From assembly GCA_963812155.1 (NCBI GenBank), contig CAWETW010000001.1, positions 32,001 to 96,000 of the forward strand: DNA of 64,000 nucleotides, read 5' to 3'. This document shows positions 40,660-50,355 of this stretch, in pieces. The first letter of the stretch is position 1. Each line of letters opens with the position of its first letter. The DNA comes from Vulcanimicrobiota bacterium. Its GTDB lineage: Bacteria > Vulcanimicrobiota > Vulcanimicrobiia > Vulcanimicrobiales > Vulcanimicrobiaceae. The notes beneath the pieces are model-generated. The model had not been told where the DNA came from, searched no databases, and worked only from the letters and a program-made list of their open reading frames with translations. Made by a program: the position numbers and the translations under genes.

Positions 40660-41394
40660 ATGAAGGCTGAGCGCGCTCTCCAACCGACCGAGACCATACT
40701 CAAGCAAAACGCGATTTTCGCTGGGTTGAGCGCGTCCATGATCGCAGAGGTCATGGAGGTCGGAAAGCTCATCGAGCTCGATACGCCGCAGCAGATTTAC
40801 GAGGCTGGGCGTCCGATACGAGAAGTCTATTTTCCGATCGACGCGGTGCTCTCAGTCGTAACGCAGATGCGCGATGGCGGCTCGATCGAGGTAGGAACGG
40901 TCGGCCGCGAGGGCGTGTCGGCAATTCCGCTACTACTCGGTGCGACGACCTCGGCCAACGAGAGTTATTGCCAGGTTCAGGGCCGCGCCGTGGTCATTAG
41001 CAGCGACCATTTCCGCCGGTTGCTTAGCGCCGGCGACGAGCAGCTTCGTAGCGTAATGGATCGATTTTTGCAAGCCTACGTGAATATGTTGGGGCAACTC
41101 GCCGCTTGCAACGGTATGCATAGCATCTACGAACGCTGTGCTCGCTGGCTGCTGCTAACCCACGACCGCGTAAATTCCGACGAAATCGCGCTCACGCACG
41201 AATATCTGGCGATGATGTTGGGAACACGCCGTTCCGGCGTTACCATCGCGGCCGCCACGCTTGCGCAAGCCGGATTCATTCGCTACGCTCACGGGCACAT
41301 CGTGATCTTGAATCGCGAAGGCCTGGAAAACGCCTCATGCGAGTGCTATGCCGTCGCGCGCGAGCAGTTTGGCACACTGCTGAACGTGCAATAG
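40660..41394 (+). CDS. Crp/Fnr family transcriptional regulator
   Basis: VYFP, EVGTVGREG, ERCARWLL, LTHEYLAMMLGTRRSGVT, LENASCECY. Confidence 0.93.
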   Translation: MKAERALQPTETILKQNAIFAGLSASMIAEVMEVGKLIELDTPQQIYEAGRPIREVYFPIDAVLSVVTQMRDGGSIEVGTVGREGVSAIPLLLGATTSANESYCQVQGRAVVISSDHFRRLLSAGDEQLRSVMDRFLQAYVNMLGQLAACNGMHSIYERCARWLLLTHDRVNSDEIALTHEYLAMMLGTRRSGVTIAAATLAQAGFIRYAHGHIVILNREGLENASCECYAVAREQFGTLLNVQ

Positions 41395-41465
41395 AGTCGA
41401 GACTAGCAACGAGTGCGCGAAAGCGTACAGATTCGTGCGCTAGACCCGTGTTACGGTAAACTTTC

Positions 41466-41876
41466 ATGCATGCACTACGGACGGCATTCGCTGCAGCAAC
41501 GATCGTCGCAATCACTTGCGCCGTGGCTAGCGCTTACCCGTCAACTCTGAAGGTTCAACTATACGCTCAGAATCGACCGGGCGAAACCGGCACGGCGACC
41601 TTCGAGCAGATCCCAGGCGGCGTCCAGGTCGTCGTCAGAATGGCCGGCGGTCAAAACGGCACGCAGCCCATCCATATCCATACGGGTTCATGCGCAAACC
41701 TGAACCCGATACCCGCGTATACCCTAACCAACATCGTCCACGGAAGCAGCACGACGACGATATCGGGCATCGACCTCGGCGATCTACTCAAGGGCAATTA
41801 CGTTATCGACGTTCATGAGGGCAGCGCCGACATAGAAAAGTATGTGGCCTGCGCGGCAATTGCAATCTCGAAGTAA
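41466..41876 (+). CDS. Secreted CHRD / Cu-Zn SOD-like small protein
   Basis: Signal peptide; GTATF, QPIHIHTGSC, IDVH, YVACAAI. Confidence 0.65.
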   Translation: MHALRTAFAAATIVAITCAVASAYPSTLKVQLYAQNRPGETGTATFEQIPGGVQVVVRMAGGQNGTQPIHIHTGSCANLNPIPAYTLTNIVHGSSTTTISGIDLGDLLKGNYVIDVHEGSADIEKYVACAAIAISK

Positions 41877-42077
41877 GCGACTGCCACGTGAGAATGCCGG
41901 CTAAGCCGCATTTCTCGGCGAAGGGCCGCGCTCGATAGTCGAGATAGTTGGTTCCGACCGCTCGAGCAGTTTGGTTCCTTTGCCCGCCGTAGCGGGCATG
42001 CCGCCGGCTCCCGGGCCGAGGGCTCGCCCGCTGGTCGCGTGGAACTCCAACGCCGGACGGAGGTTCTCAAGCAGCGT

Positions 42078-42755
42078 ATGGCCTTTCGATTTCAGCAGCC
42101 GCCGCGCGCACCGTATGGCGGAGCGCTCGCACCCGCGATTCCAACCCATTCGCTGCTCGCCCAAGTGCTCGGCATCACCGCGCTCGGGCTCTGCATTACG
42201 GCGCTGGCTGCCTACGTCGCACAGGGCGTGTCGCCGGCCATCGGCCTCGTGGCGATGGTGGTCGGGTTCATTCTCCTGTTTTCCATTTATGGAACGCGTT
42301 CGAACGAAGCGCTATCCCTGACGTTGTTCTACGCCTTCACGTTCTGCGAAGGCGTGGGCATCGCGCCGGTGATCGGGCAGTACGTCCGGACCGTCGGGCC
42401 CGGCGTCGTCGTCAATGCGGCGATTACGACGGGCTTGGGCATGTTCGCGCTCGCGGCAATCGTCTATGCCACCGGTCTCGACTTGCGGCGATTCCAGGGA
42501 ATTCTGACGATCGCACTGCTCGGACTCGTGGTCGTGGGAATCATCTCGCTGTTCGTACGCTTCATTCATCCCGAAGTGTACGCGTGGATCACGCTCGTCA
42601 TCTTCGCGGGACTGGTCCTGGTCGATTTCGCTCGGATCCGTGCCGGCGGCGACGGGCTGACGCCGGTGCTGATGGCGGTCAGCATCTACCTCGACGCGAT
42701 CAACATCTTCCTGGCGCTGCTGCAGATCTTCGGCGGCCGGCGTTCGAGCGACTGA
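42078..42755 (+). CDS. Bax inhibitor-1 / YccA family membrane protein
   Basis: 7 TM segments; FYAFTFCEG, AVSIYLDAINIFLALLQIFG. Confidence 0.92.
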   Translation: MAFRFQQPPRAPYGGALAPAIPTHSLLAQVLGITALGLCITALAAYVAQGVSPAIGLVAMVVGFILLFSIYGTRSNEALSLTLFYAFTFCEGVGIAPVIGQYVRTVGPGVVVNAAITTGLGMFALAAIVYATGLDLRRFQGILTIALLGLVVVGIISLFVRFIHPEVYAWITLVIFAGLVLVDFARIRAGGDGLTPVLMAVSIYLDAINIFLALLQIFGGRRSSD

Positions 42756-42782
42756 CGGATCGTACGTGAAGCCCGCCGGGAC

Positions 42783-42791
42783 TGGTATACT
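42783..42791 (+). promoter_or_regulatory. Extended -10 element just upstream of purF
   Basis: TGgTATACT ends 8 nt before ATG 42800. Confidence 0.55.
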
Positions 42792-42799
42792 GTAAGGAC

Positions 42800-44173
42800 A
42801 TGTGCGGGATAACGGGGGTCTATGCGCCGGGGCGCGATGCGGCCCGGCTCGCATTCTTTGCGCTCTACGCACTGCAGCACCGCGGCCAGGAGTCGGCGGG
42901 CATCGCCGCCGCGGACGGCGGCACGATCCGCTCCCACAAAGAGATGGGCCTGCTGGGGGCTATCTTCGATGAAGAGATCCTCGCCCGGCTGAGCGGCCAC
43001 GTCGCGATCGGGCACACCCGCTACTCCACGACCGGTTCGTCCATCGTCGTTAACGCGCAGCCCCTACTCGAGCGCACGGAACTCGGGGATTTCGCTTTCG
43101 CGCACAACGGCAATCTCACCAATACCGACGAGTTGCGCGAAACCTTGTCACCCACGACCGTGCTGCAGGCCTCGTCGGATTCCGAGGTCGTGGCTAAACT
43201 GCTGGTCGAGTCGGGCGGTTCGATGGTCGACCGGATCAAAGCCGTGCTGGCCGTGGCGCGCGGGGCGTACTCGGTCGTTCTTTGCACGCAAGACGAACTC
43301 TACGCTTTCCGGGATCCGTGGGGCGTGCGCCCGCTGTGTTTGGGATCGCTCCCCGAAGGCGGCTACGTCGTCGCCTCGGAATCGTGCGCGCTCGGTACCG
43401 TCGGGGCGCGCTACGAGCGCGAAATCGGCCGCGGCGAAATCGTGCGGATCGGTCCGTCCGGTCTGGAAAGCATTCAGACCGACGTGAGCGACGTCTCACC
43501 CGCGCTGTGCATGTTCGAATACATTTATTTTTCGCGGCCGGATTCGAAGTTCAGCGATCGATCGATCTACATGGCTCGCTACGCGATGGGGCGCGAACTT
43601 GCGAAGGAACATCCCGTCGAGGCCGACGTCGTGATGGCCGTTCCCGACTCGGCGGTGCCCGGCGGGATCGGGTATGCCGCCGAGAGCGGATTACCGTATA
43701 TCGAAGGACTCATCAAAAACCGCTACATCGGCCGCACGTTCATCAGCCCGGATCAGGCGATGCGCTCGCGCGGCGTGCACTTGAAGTTCAATCCCGTCGT
43801 CGAAAACCTCGCCGGACAGCGTGTCGTCGTGGTCGACGACTCGATCGTGCGCGGCACGACGACGCCTCGAATCGTGACGCTGCTGCGCGAAGCCGGCGCC
43901 ACCCAAGTGCATCTGCGCATCACGTCGCCGCCGATCAAGCACCCCTGTTATCTCGGCGTCGACATGGCAACCTACGATGAACTCATCGCAGCAAACTACA
44001 CGGTGGATGAAATTCGGCAGCGCACCGGTGCCGATTCGCTCGGCTATCTGAGCCTCGACCGCTTGATTTCGGCAGTCGGGCGCAACCGGGACGAAACCTG
44101 CCTCGGCTGCTTTATCGGAGAGTATCCCAACGTGCCAGCAGCCCGCGAAATCCGCAAAGTCGCATCATCCTAG
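42800..44173 (+). CDS. purF: Amidophosphoribosyltransferase
   Basis: MCGI, LQHRGQESAG, GHTRYSTTG, AHNGNL, VVDDSIVRGTT, Fe-S cysteines (CMFE, PCYLG, CLGC). Confidence 0.97.
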   Translation: MCGITGVYAPGRDAARLAFFALYALQHRGQESAGIAAADGGTIRSHKEMGLLGAIFDEEILARLSGHVAIGHTRYSTTGSSIVVNAQPLLERTELGDFAFAHNGNLTNTDELRETLSPTTVLQASSDSEVVAKLLVESGGSMVDRIKAVLAVARGAYSVVLCTQDELYAFRDPWGVRPLCLGSLPEGGYVVASESCALGTVGARYEREIGRGEIVRIGPSGLESIQTDVSDVSPALCMFEYIYFSRPDSKFSDRSIYMARYAMGRELAKEHPVEADVVMAVPDSAVPGGIGYAAESGLPYIEGLIKNRYIGRTFISPDQAMRSRGVHLKFNPVVENLAGQRVVVVDDSIVRGTTTPRIVTLLREAGATQVHLRITSPPIKHPCYLGVDMATYDELIAANYTVDEIRQRTGADSLGYLSLDRLISAVGRNRDETCLGCFIGEYPNVPAAREIRKVASS

Positions 44174-44188
44174 CTGCGCGGGTTACGC

Positions 44189-45040
44189 TCAGCGTGAGAG
44201 GTCGTGTGCCGGCGCCGGCGTCGAGGCGACGTCGCCGGGCGGGAAGATGCCTTCTTTAACTTCGCGCGCGTAGGCGCTCAGCGCTTCGGTTGCGAGGCGG
44301 CCGATCTCCGCGTAGCGTTTGGCGAATGAGGGCGAATGGCCGTACATGCCGAGAATGTCGTGCAGCACGAGTACCTGCGAATCGCAGTGCGGTCCCGCAC
44401 CGATGCCGATGGTCGGGATCGAAAGCAGTTCGGTGATTTCGCGCGCGATGCCGTGATCGACGACCTCGAGCACGATGGCATAGGCGCCGGCGGATTCGAT
44501 CGCCTGCGCGTCGGCGACGAGCCGGTCGCGATGCGTTCGCATTTTGAACCCCGGTCCAAGACCGGCGGTTTGCGGCGTGACGCCGATGTGTCCCACGACC
44601 GGAATGCCGGTGCGCGCGATCGCGCGCACGCGGTCGGCCTCGTAGACGCCGCCTTCGAGCTTCACCGAACACGCGCCGCCCTCTTTGATGCAGCGTATCG
44701 CCGCGCGAATCGCATCCTCGTTACTCACTTGATACGATCCGAACGGCATGTCGGCAATGACGTGCGCGCGATTGGAACCGCGAACGACGGCTTGCGCGTG
44801 GTGAATGATCTCGTCGAGCGTGACGGGCGTCGTCTCGTCGTAGCCGAGAACGACGTTGCCGACACTGTCGCCCACGAGAATGACGTCGATTCCCGCGTCT
44901 TCCACGAATTGCGCGAAGGGAGCGTCGTAGGCGGTGGCTACCGCAAAGGGCGCCTTCCCTTTTCGCCGTTTGATCGCGCCCGCGGTGAGGCGGCGAATCG
45001 CCGGGTTCTTCTCGGGTTCGTAGGAGCGGGCATCCGACAT
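44189..45040 (-). CDS. panB: 3-methyl-2-oxobutanoate hydroxymethyltransferase
   Basis: TAYDA, ILVGDSVG, ADMPFGSY, VKLEGG, GHIGVTPQ, IGIGAG, QVLVLHD. Confidence 0.96.
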   Translation of the reverse strand: MSDARSYEPEKNPAIRRLTAGAIKRRKGKAPFAVATAYDAPFAQFVEDAGIDVILVGDSVGNVVLGYDETTPVTLDEIIHHAQAVVRGSNRAHVIADMPFGSYQVSNEDAIRAAIRCIKEGGACSVKLEGGVYEADRVRAIARTGIPVVGHIGVTPQTAGLGPGFKMRTHRDRLVADAQAIESAGAYAIVLEVVDHGIAREITELLSIPTIGIGAGPHCDSQVLVLHDILGMYGHSPSFAKRYAEIGRLATEALSAYAREVKEGIFPPGDVASTPAPAHDLSR

Positions 45041-45109
45041 GCCGTTGCGCGCTCTCTTGCCTGACGTGTACACGGGAATGCGCTTCGCTAGCGCCTCTTC
45101 AAGGCCCCG

Positions 45110-45679
45110 CTACTGAAAGGCCATCGGGGCGGTCGTCGATTGTTTGTGCGATCCGCACGTGACTTTGCCAGTCAGCGTCGCCGGTCCGGAATACGTTTCG
45201 GGGTTGCGATTGGTGCCGTAGAGATACCATCCGCCGGCTTGCGGGATTTTGACATTGGCACTGAACGTGTCGATCGTTTTGGCGCCGTTGGCGATCGTCC
45301 ACGTGAGCGTGCACGATCCTTTGTAACTCACGTCGGTGAACGCCAAAGTGTATTGCCAGGCAACGTGCTTCGGAACCAGATTCGACGGCCCGGTCAATCC
45401 GATGCTGTCCCGACTGGACACGCCTTCGACGCAGCCCGTGCACGGCACGCCGCTTTGTGCCGGTCCGGTCGCGACGAAGTCGAGCAAAATCGCTTGAGTA
45501 GCGTGCGGCGTAAAGGCGAGCGGATGGAACAAGATGCGGCTGGGCGCCGCGAACGATGCGCCGGCGACGGGCGCGGCAACGGGAACGGCCGCCGAGCCGG
45601 AATTTTGGGCGGTCCCGTAGCACGCGCCGAGCCCAAAGAGCGGCAACGCAAGAACGCCGAGGCGAGAGAATAGACGCAT
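45110..45679 (-). CDS. Hypothetical lipoprotein
   Basis: Lipobox LGAC; PCTGC motif; beta-rich C-terminus. Confidence 0.65.
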   Translation of the reverse strand: MRLFSRLGVLALPLFGLGACYGTAQNSGSAAVPVAAPVAGASFAAPSRILFHPLAFTPHATQAILLDFVATGPAQSGVPCTGCVEGVSSRDSIGLTGPSNLVPKHVAWQYTLAFTDVSYKGSCTLTWTIANGAKTIDTFSANVKIPQAGGWYLYGTNRNPETYSGPATLTGKVTCGSHKQSTTAPMAFQ

Positions 45680-45715
45680 GACACCTCACTGACGGAAGTG
45701 GAAACGCGTCGAGGA

Positions 45716-47254
45716 TTACTTTGCGGTTAGGGCCGCTCCTGCGCCATTGCCTGCCGCCGAGACCACCGGCGTGCCGGCGAGCGCTTCGGTGAGCGCGACG
45801 AAACTTCGCACCGGAATTCCGGTCGGTCCCTTCGCTTGCCAGCCCGACTCGCCGTCGAGATAGGCCGTGCCGGCGATGTCGAGATGCAGCCACGGCGTTT
45901 CGTCGTCCACGAACGCGCGCAGAAACGCGGCTGCCGTGAGCGTTCCCGCGGCGCGGCCGCCGGTATTCTTGAGATCGGCGATATCGCTCTTCATCTGCGT
46001 CGAGTAATCGTCGTAGTACGGCATCTGCCAGAAACGCTCGCCCGCGGCTTTCGCGGCCGCGAGGAATTCCGTCGCAAACGCGTCGTCGTTCGAAACTGCC
46101 GCTGCGGCAGCGTGTCCGAGCGCGATGACGACCGCGCCGGTGAGCGTCGCGACGTCGACGATCTTCGTGGCTCCTAGTTTTTTCGCGTAGCACAGGCCGT
46201 CGGCGAGAATCAGGCGGCCTTCGGCGTCGGTGTTGATGACCTCGATGGTCTTGCCGTTCATCGCTTTGACGATGTCGCCGGGTTTGGTGGCCTTTCCGCC
46301 AGGCATGTTCTCGGTCGCCGGCACGATGCCGACGACGTTGAGTTTCGGTTTGAGTTTTCCGATTGCCGACATTGCCGCGATCACCGCAGCGCCGCCGGAC
46401 ATGTCGTATTTCATCTCTTCCATGCGCTCGGCCGGCTTGATGGAGATACCGCCGCTGTCGAACGTGATGCCTTTGCCGACGAGCGCCAGCAGTTCTTTGC
46501 TGCCCGGATCCCCTGCGTAACGCAGGACGATGAACTTCGGCGGCTGCGCGCTGCCTTGGGCGACCGAGAGGAACGATCCCATACCTTCGCGGCGCGCCGC
46601 GTCTTCGTCGAGCACTTCGATCTGCAGCGATGCGTCTTTCGCAGCCTCCGTGGCGCGCTCGGCCAAGATCGCAGGCGTCATGTCGTTGGCGGGCGTGATT
46701 GCCAAGCGGCGCGCGAGGTTCACGGCTTCGCCGATCGCGGTGCCGCGCGTTACGCCGCGCTCGAGCGCAGCCGTGTCGAAGCCTTCCGACAACACGGTGA
46801 CTTCCGAAACGGCGATCCGCTTTTCCGGCGAATCTTGATAGACGGTCGTTTCGAACGATCCGGCGATGGCGCCCTCGGTAACGAAGGATGCGGCTTCGGT
46901 TTCACGGCCGCGCACGCAGTCGGGCAACACCAGCGCGAACGAACGAACGTTGCGACGTCCGAGCTGGCGAACGGCGATGGCCGCGTAGCGCGCCAGCGAG
47001 GGGATTTCGAACTTCGCCGCCGTGCCCAGCCCGATGGCGAGCACGCGCCGGAACGGACGATCCGCCGCATACGCCAGAACGGTTTCTCCGAATTTTCCCT
47101 TGACTTCACCCGCGGCGAGCGCGCCCGAAACGGCGGAGCCGGCCAGGCCGTCGATGCTTTTGGCCGTTCCGTCGACGGCCCCGTCGAAGAATGGAACGAC
47201 GAGGGCTTCGGTGCGCACGTCCCGCGGCGCATCGTGGGCTAAACGTATTTGCAT
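45716..47254 (-). CDS. pepA: Leucyl aminopeptidase (M17)
   Basis: VGKGITFDSGG, MKYDMSG, NTDAEGRL, ATLTGA, WLHLDIAG. Confidence 0.96.
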   Translation of the reverse strand: MQIRLAHDAPRDVRTEALVVPFFDGAVDGTAKSIDGLAGSAVSGALAAGEVKGKFGETVLAYAADRPFRRVLAIGLGTAAKFEIPSLARYAAIAVRQLGRRNVRSFALVLPDCVRGRETEAASFVTEGAIAGSFETTVYQDSPEKRIAVSEVTVLSEGFDTAALERGVTRGTAIGEAVNLARRLAITPANDMTPAILAERATEAAKDASLQIEVLDEDAARREGMGSFLSVAQGSAQPPKFIVLRYAGDPGSKELLALVGKGITFDSGGISIKPAERMEEMKYDMSGGAAVIAAMSAIGKLKPKLNVVGIVPATENMPGGKATKPGDIVKAMNGKTIEVINTDAEGRLILADGLCYAKKLGATKIVDVATLTGAVVIALGHAAAAAVSNDDAFATEFLAAAKAAGERFWQMPYYDDYSTQMKSDIADLKNTGGRAAGTLTAAAFLRAFVDDETPWLHLDIAGTAYLDGESGWQAKGPTGIPVRSFVALTEALAGTPVVSAAGNGAGAALTAK

Positions 47255-47289
47255 GGTGAACCTTTCGCGTGGTGAACTACTGCCCAACG

Positions 47290-48363
47290 ATGGACGAGCC
47301 CTGCGAAGGCACGCCGGCGAACGACGGCGGCCGCCCATCCGACGCGTATGCGCGCGCCGGAGTCGACATTGCCGCCGGTAGTGCGGCAGTTGCGCGCTAT
47401 CGCGACGTACTAGGCGCCTGGCGGCATCCCGAACAGCTCGACGCAATCGGCGGCTTCGGCGGCGTCTTTCGACTACCCGGCGATGAATGCCGGGCGTTGG
47501 TCGCTTCCAACGACGGCGTCGGTACGAAGCTGCTCATCGCCGCCGAACTCCGGCGCTACGATTCGGTCGGCGCCGATTTGGTGAACCACTGCGTGAACGA
47601 CATCTTGGTCGTGAACGCGTCGCCGCTGTTCTTTCTCGATTATCTCGCGGTCGGCAAACTCGATCCCGACGTCGCCGCGCAAATTGTCGCGGGTTGTGCG
47701 CGCGCGTGCCGCGCGCACAACTGTGCGCTGCTGGGCGGCGAAACCGCCGAGATGCCCGGCCTCTACGCGCCGGAGCATTTCGATCTCGCCGGAACGATCG
47801 TCGGCATCGTCGACGTCGCACAGCTGCCGGATCCGGGGAGCGTCGCGCCGGGTGACGCGATCGTCGGCTTGCCGGCGGTCGGGCTGCACACGAACGGTTA
47901 TTCGCTGGCGCGCGCGCTCGTCACACGCGACGAGTGGGATGCACCGCTTCCCGGGACGGCTGGCACGTACGCCGACGCGCTCTTGTCGCCGCATCCGTCG
48001 TACTACCAAGCGGTACGCGCCATTCAAGCCGTCGCGCGCGTAAAAGTCATGGCGCACGTTACCGGCGGCGGCTTACTCGAAAACGTGCCGCGCACGCTGC
48101 CGGCCAACATGAAGGCGATCTTCGAGCAACGGCGCTGGTCCATCCCGGAAATCGAACGGGTGCTGGTATCGCGCGGCAAACTCGGGGTCGAAGAACGCTA
48201 TCGCACCCTGAACATGGGGGTCGGATACACGCTCGTCGTTCCGCTTGCAGATGCCGAACGCGCCGTCGCTGCAGCGCCGGGCGCCGCGGTCGTCGGTTGG
48301 ATCGAAGCGCGGGAAGGCGACGAGCCGCAGTCGATCGTCCATCCGGAGCGCGACGCGGCGTGA
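47290..48363 (+). CDS. purM: Phosphoribosylformylglycinamidine cyclo-ligase (AIR synthetase)
   Basis: YARAGVD, DGVGTK, VNDI, PLFFLDY, GGETAEMP, GLHTNGYSL, HVTGGG, NMGVG. Confidence 0.96.
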   Translation: MDEPCEGTPANDGGRPSDAYARAGVDIAAGSAAVARYRDVLGAWRHPEQLDAIGGFGGVFRLPGDECRALVASNDGVGTKLLIAAELRRYDSVGADLVNHCVNDILVVNASPLFFLDYLAVGKLDPDVAAQIVAGCARACRAHNCALLGGETAEMPGLYAPEHFDLAGTIVGIVDVAQLPDPGSVAPGDAIVGLPAVGLHTNGYSLARALVTRDEWDAPLPGTAGTYADALLSPHPSYYQAVRAIQAVARVKVMAHVTGGGLLENVPRTLPANMKAIFEQRRWSIPEIERVLVSRGKLGVEERYRTLNMGVGYTLVVPLADAERAVAAAPGAAVVGWIEAREGDEPQSIVHPERDAA

Positions 48364-48764
48364 GCGAGGCAACGCTGCACGATATCGCGGCGTCCCTCGA
48401 CACCACCGACATGCGCGACGTGCGCGCGCGCCGCGCGCTGGAGATCGTGCGCGCCGGGCGCGACTTCCGGTGGGCCGGAATTTACGACGTCGACGACGAT
48501 CGGATCGAATCGATCGGACACAGCGGCGTGCAGGCACCGGTCTTCATCGAGCTTCCCGCCGATCGTGGGACGATCGGTGAGGCGGTGCGAACGCGCGCGA
48601 CCGTGATTCGAAACGCACAAATGATCGTCCCGATTCTCGGCGCGGAGAGCGGCGTTCCGATCGGTACGCTCGTCGTGGAGCGCGACGCAACCGCCCGCTT
48701 TACCGAGGAGGACCAAGCCTTCGTCGAGCGCTGCGCGATCGCGCTGATGCCGCTCTTCGAATAG
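48360..48764 (+). CDS. Small GAF domain protein
   Basis: WAGIYDV, GTIGEAV, IVPI...IGTLVVE..FTEEDQAFVE; GTGA overlap with purM. Confidence 0.8.
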   Translation: MSEATLHDIAASLDTTDMRDVRARRALEIVRAGRDFRWAGIYDVDDDRIESIGHSGVQAPVFIELPADRGTIGEAVRTRATVIRNAQMIVPILGAESGVPIGTLVVERDATARFTEEDQAFVERCAIALMPLFE

Positions 48765-48773
48765 ACGGCGCGC

Positions 48774-49874
48774 GTGGCGGAACTGCTCAATCTCGTCGTC
48801 GATCTGGACGAGGCACTAGCGCCCGCGCCGGATGCAGGCCTCGAGGTGCGCGCGTCCGGCGATGCCGGAGACCGGACGCTGGCGTGGATCGACGAATGTT
48901 TCGGCGGCTGGTGGAGTTCGGAAGCATACGCCGCGCGCACGGTCGTCGCGCTTCGCGGCGACGCTCCGGCCGGCTTTGCCGCATTCGACCCGAGCGGACT
49001 GCGTTTTCGCTGGCTGCGCGGACTGGCGCGCGAACCGGGCATCGGCCTCTTCGGACCAATCGGCGTCGCGCCCGCGGCGCGCGGCCGGCGCTTGGGGCGC
49101 AGGCTGCTGCAACGGGCGCTTTGGGAGTTACGGACGCGCGGCTATGCGCGCGCGCTCATTCCGGCCGTCGGCGAACGCATTGCGCCGTTCTACGTTTCCG
49201 CCGGCGCGCGCGTCGCGGAACGGTTCGATCGCGCCGCCTTGCTCGCGCCGGCGCCACGCACGCTCGTGTTAGCGTCCGGAAGTGGAAGCAATTTCCAGGC
49301 CGTCGCCGAGCGCGCCGCCGCGGGATCGCTTCCCATCCGATTGCTCGGCGTCGTGACGAATCGTTCCAACGCAGGCGTCGTGGCGCGCGCTCGCGATGCC
49401 GGATTGGATGCCGTCGTGCTGCCGTGGAAGCGAGCCGAGGAAACGCGTGACGCCTACGACGCGCGCTTGCTGAAAACGGTTTCCGAGATGGCTCCCGAGC
49501 TCGTCCTGCTGCTCGGATGGATGCACCTGCTCGACGAACGCTTCGTGACGGCGTTTCCAAATCTCGTCAACGTGCACCCGGCATTTCTTCCGCTGGATCC
49601 GCAGCGCGACGAGGTCGGGCTTCCGGACGGATCGAGGATGCCGGCCTTTCGCGGCGTCGCCGCCGTTGCGGACGCACTGGCCGCCAATCAGGGATGGATC
49701 GGCGCCACCGTGCATCTCGTCACGCCGCAAACCGATCGCGGACCCGTGCTCGCGCGGCGCCCGCTGAAGTTGCGATTAGGCGAGGACGAAGCCGGCGTGA
49801 TGCAGCGCCTCCATCCGTTGGAACACGAACTGGTCGCCGCCGCGGTGCTGCGCCGGCTCTACGAGCGCGAGTAG
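48774..49874 (+). CDS. purN: GNAT acetyltransferase fused to phosphoribosylglycinamide formyltransferase
   Basis: N-terminal FGPIGVAPAARGRRLG...FY; C-terminal LASGSGSNFQA, NVHPAFLP, GATVHLV..DRGP, LEH. Confidence 0.88.
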   Translation: MAELLNLVVDLDEALAPAPDAGLEVRASGDAGDRTLAWIDECFGGWWSSEAYAARTVVALRGDAPAGFAAFDPSGLRFRWLRGLAREPGIGLFGPIGVAPAARGRRLGRRLLQRALWELRTRGYARALIPAVGERIAPFYVSAGARVAERFDRAALLAPAPRTLVLASGSGSNFQAVAERAAAGSLPIRLLGVVTNRSNAGVVARARDAGLDAVVLPWKRAEETRDAYDARLLKTVSEMAPELVLLLGWMHLLDERFVTAFPNLVNVHPAFLPLDPQRDEVGLPDGSRMPAFRGVAAVADALAANQGWIGATVHLVTPQTDRGPVLARRPLKLRLGEDEAGVMQRLHPLEHELVAAAVLRRLYERE

Positions 49875-49878
49875 CGGC

Positions 49879-50352
49879 GTGGCAATCGAGGTGCAGCGAG
49901 CGACCAACGCCGAGGAGTTCGAAGCATTTCGCGCCCTCGCGGAAGAGTACGAAGCGACCCTTCCCGACGATCTCAAACACGCCGACTTCGCCGCGCAGTA
50001 TGCCGATGTCGCGGCGCATTTCTCGTCGCCGCACGCGGCCTTCGTCGCTCGCGCCGGCGGCGCGCCGGCGGGGTGCGTCGCCCTGACGGCGCACCCGGCC
50101 GACCGCACCGCCGTCGTGAAGAAGCTGTACGTCGCACCGGCTTATCGCAAGCGCGGCGCGGCGCGCGCGCTCATGAACGCGCTGATCGCTTACGCGCGCG
50201 AACGCGGCGTCGCACGGCTCGTGCTCGACACCGAGCGCGCGCGAATGGCACCAGCCTATGCGCTTTACCTCGCGCTTGGATTCCGGGAGTGCGCGCCCTA
50301 CGGCGAGGTTGACTACCGGTGCGCGACGTTCATGGATCTGCAGATCGAATAA
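49879..50352 (+). CDS. GNAT family N-acetyltransferase
   Basis: GCVAL, KKLYVAPAYRKRGAARAL, LDT..M..A..LY..LGF. Confidence 0.92.
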   Translation: MAIEVQRATNAEEFEAFRALAEEYEATLPDDLKHADFAAQYADVAAHFSSPHAAFVARAGGAPAGCVALTAHPADRTAVVKKLYVAPAYRKRGAARALMNALIAYARERGVARLVLDTERARMAPAYALYLALGFRECAPYGEVDYRCATFMDLQIE

Positions 50353-50355
50353 GCG

